Positions 47,273-57,156 of a stretch of 64,000 nt of DNA are shown one piece after another. Source of the stretch: a bacterium (GTDB lineage Bacteria; UBA8248). The notes below the pieces were generated by a model. It had not been told where the DNA came from. It searched no databases and was given only the letters and a program-made list of their open reading frames with translations. Made by a program: the position numbers and the translations under genes. Each line of letters starts with the position of its first letter. The stretch's first letter is position 1. The stretch lies in contig OZ241326.1 of the NCBI GenBank assembly GCA_965199855.1, forward strand, positions 1,600,001 through 1,664,000, in the 5' to 3' direction.

Positions 47273-48502
47273 CTATGGGTGGGGAAGCGCCCGCGGGCGC
47301 GGCCTGCCGAGGCTGGCGAGGGCGAAGGGCAGGGTGACGAGCGCCGCGACGGCGCCCGCCCCCGCGAGGCCGACGGCGTCCACGCAGAGGCCGATGAGGG
47401 GAGCCAGCACCATGGCGGCGAGCGATTTGCACTGCGTCTCCACCGAGAGGATCGTGGCGCCCGCCTCGGGCGCGCCGTGGGCGTCGATGCGGCTCATCAG
47501 CACGGGGCGCCAGAAATTCTGGAGGACGGCCAGGGCGACGAAGCCCGCGATGACGATGGAATTCCACCCTGTCCAGAGTCCCCAGGCGAGGAGGGCGTAG
47601 ATGAGGGAGGTCGCCCCCCAGAGGGATTTCGCCGCGGCCTCCTCGGAGCCCGCGGCGCTGACGAGGCGGTGCCCCCCGCGCGAGGCGAAGCTCGAAAGCA
47701 GGTGGAGGACGAAATACACGGCGCCGACCAGCACGGCGACGCGCTGCTGCTGTTCCCAGGCGGCGAGCAGCGCCAGGCCGAGCGCGGCCTGCTGGATGAC
47801 GGGCTGAATGTAGTCCTTCGCCGCCTTGTAGGTGCCCTCGTAGCCCATGGATTCCGCGAGAATGCCGCGTAGCGGACCCCCGGCGAACGTCATGCGCATG
47901 GAGCTTTTCAGGTGCTCCCAGACGTTCGGGATTTTCGCGTCCTTCGCGCGCGCGCCGTCCAGCGCGGCCGGATAGCCCATGAAGTTCACGATGTTCATCG
48001 CGTAGGGGATGACGGCGAGGAGGAAGATGTCGCTGTAGCGCGCGCCGGTGAATACGAACGCGCCGGCGATGACGACCGAGACGGCGGAGCCCATCTTCGA
48101 CCACGAGCGCGTGAAGCCATAGACGCGGGTGCGCTCCTCCTCCCGGCCCCGCATCCGCAGCCACTCGAAGATCATCGCCTTGTGCGTGCCGGTGCGGAAG
48201 GAATCGCCGACGGCGAAGGCGAACATGGCGAGGAGCAGGGTGGCGAAGGAGTCCGAGAAGGCGAAAGCGAGGAAGGAGGCGATGTAGGCGAGAAACGAGA
48301 AGATCATCGAGTGCCTTCTGCCGTAGAGGTCGGCCACCGCGCCGCTGGGGATTTCAAAGACGTTGATGCACGCCTCGCGGAAGCCGATGAGCAGGCCGAT
48401 TTGAAAGAAGGAGAGGTCTTTTTCCAGGAAGGCGAGAATCAGGAAAGGCTCGAAATAGACCTGGTTCTTGAGAAAGCCGTAGAGGGAGAAGCGAAAGAGC
48501 AT
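47273..48502 (-). CDS. MFS transporter
   Basis: From ATG 48502: MLFRFSLYGFLKN, EIPSGAVADLYGRR (MFS motif A) and about 12 hydrophobic segments. Confidence 0.88.
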   Translation of the reverse strand: MLFRFSLYGFLKNQVYFEPFLILAFLEKDLSFFQIGLLIGFREACINVFEIPSGAVADLYGRRHSMIFSFLAYIASFLAFAFSDSFATLLLAMFAFAVGDSFRTGTHKAMIFEWLRMRGREEERTRVYGFTRSWSKMGSAVSVVIAGAFVFTGARYSDIFLLAVIPYAMNIVNFMGYPAALDGARAKDAKIPNVWEHLKSSMRMTFAGGPLRGILAESMGYEGTYKAAKDYIQPVIQQAALGLALLAAWEQQQRVAVLVGAVYFVLHLLSSFASRGGHRLVSAAGSEEAAAKSLWGATSLIYALLAWGLWTGWNSIVIAGFVALAVLQNFWRPVLMSRIDAHGAPEAGATILSVETQCKSLAAMVLAPLIGLCVDAVGLAGAGAVAALVTLPFALASLGRPRPRALPHP

Positions 48503-48742
48503 CGGAGGCCTCCTCATTACCCTTGCGCCCCGGGTTCCGCGCGTCCGCGCCCGGGACGGCATGGAGAGGCGTCGTTCGCTAGCGGGATTGTAGCAGAAAC
48601 CGCATGGGGCGGCGCGTCTTTTTCGCAAGCGTTTCCGGCGGCGAAGGGAGGGGTCGCGGCTCGTCCGGGCCGCCGGGACGCCCTCCGCGCATTTCGGAGT
48701 TTCGCCGTCCTCCGCTTCATGGCCCCTGTTTCTGGTCGCGCC

Positions 48743-49630
48743 TTATTGGCGAACCCGCCAGCCGATGAGGGCGGCGCCGATCACCATGCAGGCCGTGCCG
48801 GCGATGATGGCGGGCGTGATGCGCTCCATCTTCCTGAGCAGGAAGAGGCTCATCACGAGGCTGAACACGGGCGCCGTGGAGGTGAGCGGCGCCACGACGG
48901 AAAGATCGCCGATGCTGATGGCGGTGAAGTGGAGGAAAAAGCCCAGGGCGTTCAGCAGTCCGCAGAAGCCGTAGATGAGCCACGCCTTCGGGCGGCCGAA
49001 CTGGTTGGGCTTCTGATTCTTCGGAAACAGCGGGATGAAGGCGACGAGAAAGACGAACCCCGCCAGCGTCGAGAGGGTCGCGCCCATGAGCGGGGCGGAG
49101 ACGTGGGCGAACGCGAACTTTCGGAAAAGAAACGAGAACGCGGCGGTGATGGTGCTCGCGCAGGCGAGCCAGAGGTGCTTGCGCCGCCAGGAGGTGTCGT
49201 CGGCCTTCTTGTAGGTGAGCGCCACGCTGCCGAAGACGATGAAGAGCGTCCCGGCCAGGATGAGCGTCCCCGGCCTTTCGCCGAGAAAGGCCACGGCGAG
49301 CGAGGTGGAGAAGAAGGGCGTCAGCGAGTTGAACGGCATGGCGCGCGCGACGCCCAGGTAGGAGATGCTCAGGTAAAGAAAGACGCGCGACATCGCCGGC
49401 CCCACGAGGCCCGCCAGCGTGAAATAGAAGAACGCGGGCGGACTCCACCACGCCGGCTCCCAGAGATGCCAGGTGATCCCGATCATCACGGGCAGGGAGG
49501 TGAACATGCCGATGAAGACGCCCGTCAGCGCGTTCGCGTGCTGGCTGCCCTTGCGGATGAGCACGCTGAACGTGGCGAAGACCACGGCGGTGGACATGGC
49601 GTAGGCTGCGGCGAGGAGCTGGGGGTTCAT
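48743..49630 (-). CDS. DMT/EamA family transporter
   Basis: Two hydrophobic repeats ending FLGER and LRKMER. Confidence 0.88.
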   Translation of the reverse strand: MNPQLLAAAYAMSTAVVFATFSVLIRKGSQHANALTGVFIGMFTSLPVMIGITWHLWEPAWWSPPAFFYFTLAGLVGPAMSRVFLYLSISYLGVARAMPFNSLTPFFSTSLAVAFLGERPGTLILAGTLFIVFGSVALTYKKADDTSWRRKHLWLACASTITAAFSFLFRKFAFAHVSAPLMGATLSTLAGFVFLVAFIPLFPKNQKPNQFGRPKAWLIYGFCGLLNALGFFLHFTAISIGDLSVVAPLTSTAPVFSLVMSLFLLRKMERITPAIIAGTACMVIGAALIGWRVRQ

Positions 49631-49866
49631 CTGGCTCCCGGGTTCGATGGGGCGCTTTCCGCGATTCGCCCATCCGCAAGGCGCGGCTCATCGGGCCGGG
49701 CCTGCGAGGGGGCGGATTCTTCCGCTTTTCCTTGCGGCCTGGGCGGCCGCCGGGGCGCGCGGGTCGGCCGGGAAGGAAAATCCGCGAGGCGCAATCTACA
49801 GGCCGCGCGCCCTCCTGGGAAGCGCGGGGGAGGAATTTCGCGGGAATCGCGTTCCGGCCCGGCCTT

Positions 49867-49931
49867 TTCACTGTCTTTTCATGCAAGCGTCACCGTTTCT
49901 TGACCTGTATTTGACGATTCCTCGCTAGGAT
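49867..49931 (+). promoter_or_regulatory. PHO-box-like array and -10 element upstream of phoX
   Basis: TTCAC (49867), TTCAT (49878), GTCAC (49889), TTGAC (49900) and TTGAC (49911) occur at exact 11-bp spacing, followed by TAGGAT at 49926. Confidence 0.65.
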
Positions 49932-50020
49932 GCGCATCGCCGCCCATGAGATTGCCGGACGGGCGAGGTCTTTCGCGCGCCGGCCGCTCTTTTCAATGCG
50001 CACGACGGGGAGAACAAGAA

Positions 50021-51952
50021 ATGCCTGACGCATGGCGCGGAGCAGCGGGAGACGTCGCATCCGAGGAGTTTGAGGACGCCCATACGGAGAAGCTCGACGA
50101 GGGCGGTCGCCTGCGTCCGTGCGAGACCGACTTCGCCAGACTGGCGGAGAAGGTCATCTCCCGGCGGAGATTTCTGGGCCGGGGCGCGGCGATCGCGGCG
50201 GGCGCCTTCGTCCTGGGCGTCGGAGGGCGTGACCCCCTCCCGGCCCTCGCCGCCTCGAACCGCTTCGGGTTCGACCCCGTGCCCGCCAACGCCCTCGATA
50301 CGGTCACCGTTCCCGAAGGGTACAGCTGGCATGTCGTCGCAAGCTGGGGAGACCCGATGTGGACGCGCGCGCCCGCGTTCGACCCGGCGACGCGCGGCGA
50401 CGCGGCGAGCCAGGCGCTCGCCTTCGGCGACAACAACGACGGCATGGAGCTCTTCGTCCACGAGGGGCGGAGCGTCCTCGCGGTCAACAACGAATACGTG
50501 AACCTCCCCATATTCTACGGCGGGCGCGGCGCGGGCAAGCCCCGGACGGCCGGGGACGTGCGCAAGGGCAAGGCCGGACACGGGGTGTCGATCGTGGAGA
50601 TCGCGCGCGGGAGCGGCGGGTGGGCCATTGTGAAGGATTCGCCCTACAACCGGAGGATCACCGCTGATACTCCCATGGAGATCGCGGGGCCCGCGCGCGG
50701 GCACGACCTGCTCAGGACGGCCGCCGACCCCGCAGGCGCGCGGAGCCTCGGGACCTGGAACAACTGCGGCAGCGGCCGCACCCCCTGGGGCGCCTATCTC
50801 GCGTGCGAGGAGAATTTTCACGGCTATTTCTCATCGAGCGACCCCGGAATCGACATATCCCCCGCGTTCAGGAGATACGGCATCCGCCGCAAGGACAGGG
50901 GCTACGCCTGGGCGACGGCGGATGAGCGCTTCGACATCTCCAGGCACCCGAACGAGCCGAACCGCGCCGGCTACGTCGTCGAGATCGACCCTCTCGATCC
51001 GGCCTCGACGCCGAAGAAGCGCACCGCCCTCGGACGCTTCAAGCACGAGAACGCGGAGGTCGTCCTCGCCGCCAACGGGCAGGTGGTCGTTTATATGGGG
51101 GACGACGAGCGCGGCGAGTTCATCTACAAGTTCGTGAGCGCGGGACGCTACGCCCCGGGCGGCGACAACGCCGATCTCCTGGACAGGGGGACGCTGTTCG
51201 CGGCGAAGTTCGCCGACGGCGGCCGGGGGGAGTGGGCGGCGCTCACCCCCGCCTCCACCGGCATGGCCTCGCTCGCGGAGATATGCGTCCATACCCGCAT
51301 GGCGGCCTCGGCGGTGGGAGCGACCACGATGGATCGCCCCGAGTGGATGGCGTCGAACCCGAAGAGGGCCGAGGTCTATTGCTGCCTCACCAACAACAAG
51401 AATCGCGGGAGGAAGCCGAACAAGGGCGGCGACCTGACGCCCGTGGGCGGGCCGAACCCCCGCGAGGGCAACCTCTACGGCCAGATCGTGCGATGGCGGC
51501 CGGAGGGGGGCGACCATCTGGCGACGGCCTTCGCCTGGGACCTTTTCGTGGTCGCGGGCAACCCCGCCGTCCATGAGGGCCCCAACGCGGGTTCAAAGAA
51601 CATGGGCCCGGACAATATGTTCAACTCGCCCGACGGCCTCGCGTTCGACGGCAGGGGCATGTTGTGGATACAGACCGACGGAAACTACTCGAACGCCGGG
51701 GGATTCGCCGGCCACGGCAACAACCAGATGCTCGTGGGCGACCCCGCGACGGGCGAGATTCGCCGCTTCATGGTCGGCCCGAAGCAGTGCGAGGTCACCG
51801 GCATCGCCTGGAGCGCGGACGAGAAGACCCTGTTCGTCGGCATCCAGCATCCGGGCGAGAAGGGCGAGGGCCGCTTTCCCGACGGCGGCGACGCTCCTCC
51901 CCGCTCCTCCGTCATCGCCATAACGCGCGACGATGGGGGCGTCATCGGCTGA
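50021..51952 (+). CDS. phoX: PhoX-family alkaline phosphatase, Tat-exported
   Basis: SRRRFL Tat motif; GDNNDG, NNEY, NCGSG.TPWG..LACEEN, GRFKHE, MDRPE, SPD and IQHPG motifs. Confidence 0.94.
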   Translation: MPDAWRGAAGDVASEEFEDAHTEKLDEGGRLRPCETDFARLAEKVISRRRFLGRGAAIAAGAFVLGVGGRDPLPALAASNRFGFDPVPANALDTVTVPEGYSWHVVASWGDPMWTRAPAFDPATRGDAASQALAFGDNNDGMELFVHEGRSVLAVNNEYVNLPIFYGGRGAGKPRTAGDVRKGKAGHGVSIVEIARGSGGWAIVKDSPYNRRITADTPMEIAGPARGHDLLRTAADPAGARSLGTWNNCGSGRTPWGAYLACEENFHGYFSSSDPGIDISPAFRRYGIRRKDRGYAWATADERFDISRHPNEPNRAGYVVEIDPLDPASTPKKRTALGRFKHENAEVVLAANGQVVVYMGDDERGEFIYKFVSAGRYAPGGDNADLLDRGTLFAAKFADGGRGEWAALTPASTGMASLAEICVHTRMAASAVGATTMDRPEWMASNPKRAEVYCCLTNNKNRGRKPNKGGDLTPVGGPNPREGNLYGQIVRWRPEGGDHLATAFAWDLFVVAGNPAVHEGPNAGSKNMGPDNMFNSPDGLAFDGRGMLWIQTDGNYSNAGGFAGHGNNQMLVGDPATGEIRRFMVGPKQCEVTGIAWSADEKTLFVGIQHPGEKGEGRFPDGGDAPPRSSVIAITRDDGGVIG

Positions 51953-52111
51953 ACGCGCCCGAACGCCTCCGGTCGCGCGCCGTCCGGCGCGAGCCGGAGG
52001 CGTTTCTCCTCGCTGGTCCCGGCGGCGCGGGCGCATCGGGGCGGCTGGAAGCGCGGCGTCCGCTTCCATGAGAGCGCGCGCCCAAAGAAGCTTCGGGATG
52101 ATGAAATTCCG

Positions 52112-52151
52112 AAAAACGCCTCGCCCCCTTGCGGGCGGGGCGTCTTTTTTC
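52112..52151 (+). terminator. Intrinsic terminator after phoX
   Basis: AAAAACGCCTCGCCC-loop-GGGCGGGGCGTC followed by TTTTTTT. Confidence 0.7.
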
Positions 52152-52210
52152 GCAAACTGATACTCACTGGGAAAAAGGGCGAGCATGTAGGTATAAAGAA
52201 AGAAAAGACA

Positions 52211-52708
52211 ATGCCTAACATAATAATGAGATGCGGCAGTTGCGGAAAAGAGGCTTACGTCGCAGTGGCGGTTTGTCCTGAGTGCGGCGAGCGAATGTTT
52301 CCCATTTTGAAGAGTTCACCCAGAGGAAAAGATGTTTCCGAAAAGAATCATATTCTCGCGAAGTCTGCCTCCAGCATCACGCTGACGACCGCGTTTTCCG
52401 TCGCTGGTCGGGAGATAGACCATGAGATCGAAGTTGTCACTGCCGAGTGTGCGTTCGGCATGAACATTTTTCGTGATTTTTTCGCTGGCGTCCGCGATGT
52501 TTTCGGCGGACGAAGCGGAGCGACTCAAAAGGTTCTAAGGGACGCCCGCAGGACGGTGCTTGCGGAATTGAAGCGCGAGGCTTTGACGGTGGGCGCGGAT
52601 GCGGTGATAGGGGTTGATCTAGACTACAGCGAGTTCAGCGGCAAGATGAAAAGCATGCTTTTTCTGGTGGCGAGTGGGACAGCCGTGAAGCTCAAGCCCC
52701 AGGAGTGA
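52211..52708 (+). CDS. YbjQ/UPF0145 family protein with N-terminal zinc ribbon
   Basis: CGSC...CPEC, then GMNIFRDFFAGVRDVFGGRS, GADAVIGVDLD and ASGTAVK. Confidence 0.85.
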   Translation: MPNIIMRCGSCGKEAYVAVAVCPECGERMFPILKSSPRGKDVSEKNHILAKSASSITLTTAFSVAGREIDHEIEVVTAECAFGMNIFRDFFAGVRDVFGGRSGATQKVLRDARRTVLAELKREALTVGADAVIGVDLDYSEFSGKMKSMLFLVASGTAVKLKPQE

Positions 52709-52818
52709 TTCTCGCAAACCCGCATCGAATCTGTTGAGCCACCACTTTAGCGAAGCGGGGGTGCTTTTCCGTCCCCGGCCCGAGAGGCAAGGGTGAGACG
52801 CGGAACGAGGACGCACCC

Positions 52819-53907
52819 ATGAGCGAGAAGCGCGAACCCATCGAATACGCCTGGTATCTGCCCTCGAACCAGCGCGGCGACGCCACGCGCCTCGGCACGG
52901 GCGAGGTGGAGATTCCCCCGGAAATCGACTATCTCGTCCACGTGGCGAAGACGGCGGAGGCGAACGGCCTGACGAACATTCTCATTCCGTGCAACACCTC
53001 CTGCTCGGACGGCTGGCTTCTGGCGGCCGCCATCTCCCGCGAGACCGAGAGGATGAAGTTCTGCGTCGCCATCCGGCCCGGCCTCACCACGCCAACCTTC
53101 GCCGTCCAGCAGGCGAACACGCTCGATTTCATCTCGGGCGGCAGACTCACGGTCAACGTGGTGCCGGGCGGCTCCTCGGTGGACGCGAGGCGCTACGGGG
53201 ACTGGGAGGATCACGACGCGCGCTACGAGCGCGCCGACGAGTTCCTGGAAGTCGCGCGCGCTCTTTGGGCGGAGGAGGGACGGGTGAACCACCGGGGCGC
53301 GCACTACCGGGTGGAGGACGGCTTCGTCTTTCCCGGCCCCGCGCGAAAGGGCGGGCCGCCGCTTTATTTCGGCGGAAGCTCGCCCGCGGCCAAGCGCGTC
53401 ATCGCCAGACACGCCGACGTTTTTCTCAAATGGGGCGAGCCGCCCTGGCAGATAGCGGAAGAATACGAGGACGTCAGGAAGATGGCGCGCGAGGAGCATG
53501 GCCGGCATATCAGACTGGGCGTGCGGTTCCACATTCTCGTGCGCGAGGACGACGCGCAGGCCAAGCGGGAGGCGGAGGCGATGATCGCGGGGGCGGCATC
53601 CTACGGGGAGGCGTCCTCGGTCACAGGCTCCGTCGCCGGCCGGGTGGAATCCGTCTCGCAGCAGCGCATGAACGCCATGACGGCGGAGGGGAAGCTCTGG
53701 CACGGCCCCGCGCTTTTCTCGGGCGTCAACCTCGTGCGCCAGGGGGCGGGCACCATGCTCGCGGGCAGCCCGCAGGTGGTGGCCGACGCCATGCGCGAAT
53801 ACATCGAGATCGGCGCCACCACCTTCATCCTCTCCGGTTGGCCGCACGACGCGGAGGCCCGCAACTTCGGAAAATACCTCCTGCCCCTTCTGCCCGATGA
53901 GGCTTGA
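52819..53907 (+). CDS. LLM-class flavin-dependent monooxygenase (SsuD-like)
   Basis: AEANG, VAIRPG, TLDFISGGRL, HDARYERADEF and PLYFGGSS motifs. Confidence 0.88.
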   Translation: MSEKREPIEYAWYLPSNQRGDATRLGTGEVEIPPEIDYLVHVAKTAEANGLTNILIPCNTSCSDGWLLAAAISRETERMKFCVAIRPGLTTPTFAVQQANTLDFISGGRLTVNVVPGGSSVDARRYGDWEDHDARYERADEFLEVARALWAEEGRVNHRGAHYRVEDGFVFPGPARKGGPPLYFGGSSPAAKRVIARHADVFLKWGEPPWQIAEEYEDVRKMAREEHGRHIRLGVRFHILVREDDAQAKREAEAMIAGAASYGEASSVTGSVAGRVESVSQQRMNAMTAEGKLWHGPALFSGVNLVRQGAGTMLAGSPQVVADAMREYIEIGATTFILSGWPHDAEARNFGKYLLPLLPDEA

Positions 53908-54013
53908 TTTTTTAGGGGGCGTTTCAATTCCATGCCGGTCTGATACTATTAAAGATGGATAGAAGCATACGCCAGCCGTATCACAGGTCGCCCGACCTAG
54001 AATTGGCTCAATC

Positions 54014-54955
54014 ATGCAGCAAATGAAACTGGATCAGGCGATTGAGAACAGGAACAGAAGCTGGGATGGCCACCCGCTCATCCCGAGCTGGGTCGATGTT
54101 CACAATGTCGATCTGGATCAATTCTTTACGAGACCCGAAATAGCCGGGCATTGCGTCAGGTCGCTCCATGACTGGATGGCTCAGGATGACGCGCAGCCGG
54201 AGCGCTACACCTATATCGAACCGGCTGCGGGAGGTTGCGCATTCTATAATCTGTTGCCGGAAAATCGCCGAATCGGGATTGATATTCTGCCCCTGCAGGA
54301 CGACTTGATTGAGGGCGATTTTCTGTCATGGCGGCCTCGGTCCGTGGGCAAATACGCCGTCATCGGCAATCCCCCGTTCGGCTACCGCGCCTGGCTGGCC
54401 CTGGCCTTCATCAATCACGCGGCGACCTTCGCCGACTACGTCGGCCTCATTCTCCCGATGGCTTTTCAGAGCGACGGCAAGGGCAGTCCGAAATTGCGGG
54501 TTCATGGCCTGCGGCTCATCCATACGGAATACCTGCCGCAGGACAGCTTTGCGGATATTTACGGGCGTCCGGCGAAGGTCAACGCGCTTTGGCAGGTCTG
54601 GCAGCGCGGCGTGAACAACGTCACCCCCCTGAAGCCGTGCGATACCTGGATAGACCTGTTTACCGTTGACATGCGGAAGGAGCGCCTGTGCGGCCAAGGA
54701 CGCCTGGGCGAAGCGGATTACTTCCTGCAGCGCACTTTTTACAGGGAGTCGCCTTCTCTGGTGCGCGATTTCTCGCAGGTGCGTTACGTATGCGGATACG
54801 GAATCGTGGTCAAAAAAGAGAAAGAGAGCGTCGTCAGCCTCCTCAACAACGCGGACTGGACGAGATACAGCAACCTCGCCGCGCACAACTGCCACCATAT
54901 AAGCATGTATCACATTCGCAAGATCCTGACGGACGCTGGCTATGTCGATGCGTGA
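54014..54955 (+). CDS. Amino (adenine) DNA methyltransferase
   Basis: LDQFFT, IEPAAGG (motif I) and GNPPFG (motif IV); AT-richer than the flanks. Confidence 0.85.
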   Translation: MQQMKLDQAIENRNRSWDGHPLIPSWVDVHNVDLDQFFTRPEIAGHCVRSLHDWMAQDDAQPERYTYIEPAAGGCAFYNLLPENRRIGIDILPLQDDLIEGDFLSWRPRSVGKYAVIGNPPFGYRAWLALAFINHAATFADYVGLILPMAFQSDGKGSPKLRVHGLRLIHTEYLPQDSFADIYGRPAKVNALWQVWQRGVNNVTPLKPCDTWIDLFTVDMRKERLCGQGRLGEADYFLQRTFYRESPSLVRDFSQVRYVCGYGIVVKKEKESVVSLLNNADWTRYSNLAAHNCHHISMYHIRKILTDAGYVDA

Positions 54956-55466
54956 TCCGCACCGGATTCTGCTGGATGTTCTGGCTGTTCATGGCGACCA
55001 CCCGAAATGGCGGGATTCTCCGTTCAAGTAAGATCAAGCATGTTTCAAACACGAAGGTCGGCGCGGTCGGGCAGGATTTCGTCGAGGCCCTTTGCGGGGC
55101 AACAGGCTTTGACGTTGAATTCCCTGTGAATCGCCCGGTCAGAGGGCAGTCCAAAATCCGTGGGACATTAAAATCGAGGGAAAGACTTTTGAACTGAAGA
55201 CCGCGACCGAGGATATAGGCGGCAATTTTCAGTTTAATCACGTCAGATATCACCGACAATACGAGGCTGTCCTGTGCATCGGCATCGCCCCGGCCGATAT
55301 TCTTTTTGACGTCTGGTCCAAAGCCGAGATTACGACGGGATTGGCCGGCAATCTTGTGTCGATGGAAAAAGGGGCGAATGCGTCCTATAAGCTGACCAAG
55401 AGGAAAACCGATCTGCACCCGATCGATGAATTTCAGGATGGTTTGCTGGCGTTTTTGGCAAGATGA
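54948..55466 (+). pseudogene. Restriction endonuclease with two frameshifts
   Basis: Three frames splice to MRDPHRILL...KWRDSPFK / KIKHVSNTKVGAVGQDFVE...FPVN / QNPWDIKIEGKTFELKTATED...FQFNHVRYHR...LAR*, giving a D...ELK PD-(D/E)xK core. The start overlaps the methyltransferase end. Confidence 0.75.
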
Positions 55467-55535
55467 GAGGGAATGGAATTTCGGGAAGAGGTTTGGGCTT
55501 TTCTCTGTCCTCCATTCTCTAAGCCAGTAGCGCCC

Positions 55536-56483
55536 CTATCTCCGGATCAATATCTCCTCCGAGACCGAGGCGAGGTCGGGGCAGCCGGCCATGACCATGG
55601 CGCGCCGGAGCTCCTCATTCAGGAGCTCCAGCATCCGCGCCACCCCTTCCGCCCCGCCGGCGAACAGACCGAGCACAAGCCCCCGGCCCGCCAGCGCCCC
55701 CTTCGCCCCCCGCGCGAGCAGCTTCAGGACGTCCTCCCCCCGGCGGACGCCGCTTTCCGCCAGCACGAGAACGTCGTCGCCCACTTCTCGGACGACCTCG
55801 GGCAGGGTTTCGAGGGGATGCCCCCAGGAGGGCCCGTGCGACCCCCCGTGAGCGGTGACGATGATCGCCGCGGCGCCGGCGTCTCGCGCGGCGCGCGCGC
55901 TCTCGGCCGAGCCCACGGCCTTGAAGATGAAGGGAAGATCGGTGGCGCGCGCGTATTCCTCGAGCGCGGCCAGTGTCTGCGGGGCGCATTCCTCATTGTA
56001 GAAGCCGGACTCGAAGTCCATCCCCACCGCGAACGCGCCCGTGTCCTCGGCAAGCTTGAGGGAGGAGACGACGCGCTCGCGCTCGCGCCAGGGCTTCACG
56101 ATGCGCACGGCGGAGGGGGCGGCGGCGGCCACCTTCTTCCAGGTCTCATCCTCGCAGTCGCCGATCCAGTATTGGGTTCCGAAGCGCGCCGCGCCCTCGG
56201 AAACCTCGCGGAAGGCGTCACGCCTGTGGCGGCCGAGGGTGTTCTCGCTCATCGAGGCGGTCATGACGGGGCCGCGCAGCCTCTTGCCCAGAAAGTCGAA
56301 GGTCGTGTCCGCCTCCGCCGCGAGCGGCAGGCGCATCTTGAGGCCGAACCGCTCGTAGCCCGCCCGCGCCGCCGCCGTCCCCGGCAGGACGGGGCCCAGA
56401 ACGTCAAACGGGTTCTCCTCGCCCGCCTTTTCGAGATTCTCCCGCGCTTGCTCGTAGAGCGCCCGATACGCCTGCTCGCTCAT
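55536..56483 (-). CDS. FMN-dependent alpha-hydroxy-acid oxidase-like protein
   Basis: LPFIFK, AHGG, SGVRRGEDVLKLLARGA and EELRRAMVMAG motifs. Confidence 0.8.
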   Translation of the reverse strand: MSEQAYRALYEQARENLEKAGEENPFDVLGPVLPGTAAARAGYERFGLKMRLPLAAEADTTFDFLGKRLRGPVMTASMSENTLGRHRRDAFREVSEGAARFGTQYWIGDCEDETWKKVAAAAPSAVRIVKPWRERERVVSSLKLAEDTGAFAVGMDFESGFYNEECAPQTLAALEEYARATDLPFIFKAVGSAESARAARDAGAAAIIVTAHGGSHGPSWGHPLETLPEVVREVGDDVLVLAESGVRRGEDVLKLLARGAKGALAGRGLVLGLFAGGAEGVARMLELLNEELRRAMVMAGCPDLASVSEEILIRR

Positions 56484-56624
56484 CTCCCGCTCTCCTTTCT
56501 CCTCCGGCTCCGCCCGCCGCCGCGCGCGCCTGGCGGATGCGCCTCCCCCGCGCTATGATTCGCGGACGGACGCGAAGAAATCCGCCGGCGAGCGAGCGCC
56601 GCCGCCATCCAGGGAGGAGTCGCC

Positions 56625-56933
56625 ATGATCATGGTCATTCTACACTATCCCGCCGTCGCGCCCACGCTCGGCGAAGTGCGCGAGGACAAGGAGAAGGCCG
56701 TCCCCTTCTTCGAGAACGAAGTTCCCGGCCTCATCGACAAGACATGGGGCATGAACGAGGGGACGCGCCGCATGGCCTCGGTCTATCACTTCGAGGATCG
56801 GGAGACCGCCGACGCCTGGTTCAACTCCGAGAAGCAGCGCGCCTTCCGCAGGGAGAACGGCGCCAGCCTCGAGTTCTTCGACGTGGCGGCGCTCGCCTTC
56901 ACGAAGCCCCTGCGCGAGGAGGCCGCCGCCTGA
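56625..56933 (+). CDS. YdhR-like dimeric alpha-beta barrel protein (putative monooxygenase)
   Basis: VPGLIDKTW...ASVYHFEDRETADAW; GGAGG RBS. Confidence 0.7.
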   Translation: MIMVILHYPAVAPTLGEVREDKEKAVPFFENEVPGLIDKTWGMNEGTRRMASVYHFEDRETADAWFNSEKQRAFRRENGASLEFFDVAALAFTKPLREEAAA

Positions 56934-57156
56934 TCCCGCGCGGGCGCGCCCGGCGGGAAAATACCGTCCCGCGGCGCCTTTCCGCGGGAGTTACTTAAGA
57001 GCCGGCGTCGCGGCCCGCGGCGCCCATCTCGCGGAACTGGGCGAGCGGGTCGGGCGTCTCGCCGGCCGCGGCCGCCTGGGCGGCCTGCTCCGCCCGCCTC
57101 CGCGCCGATGAAGATCGGATCCCGGGGTTCCTGCTTCGGCTTCTCGCTTTCCGGCC

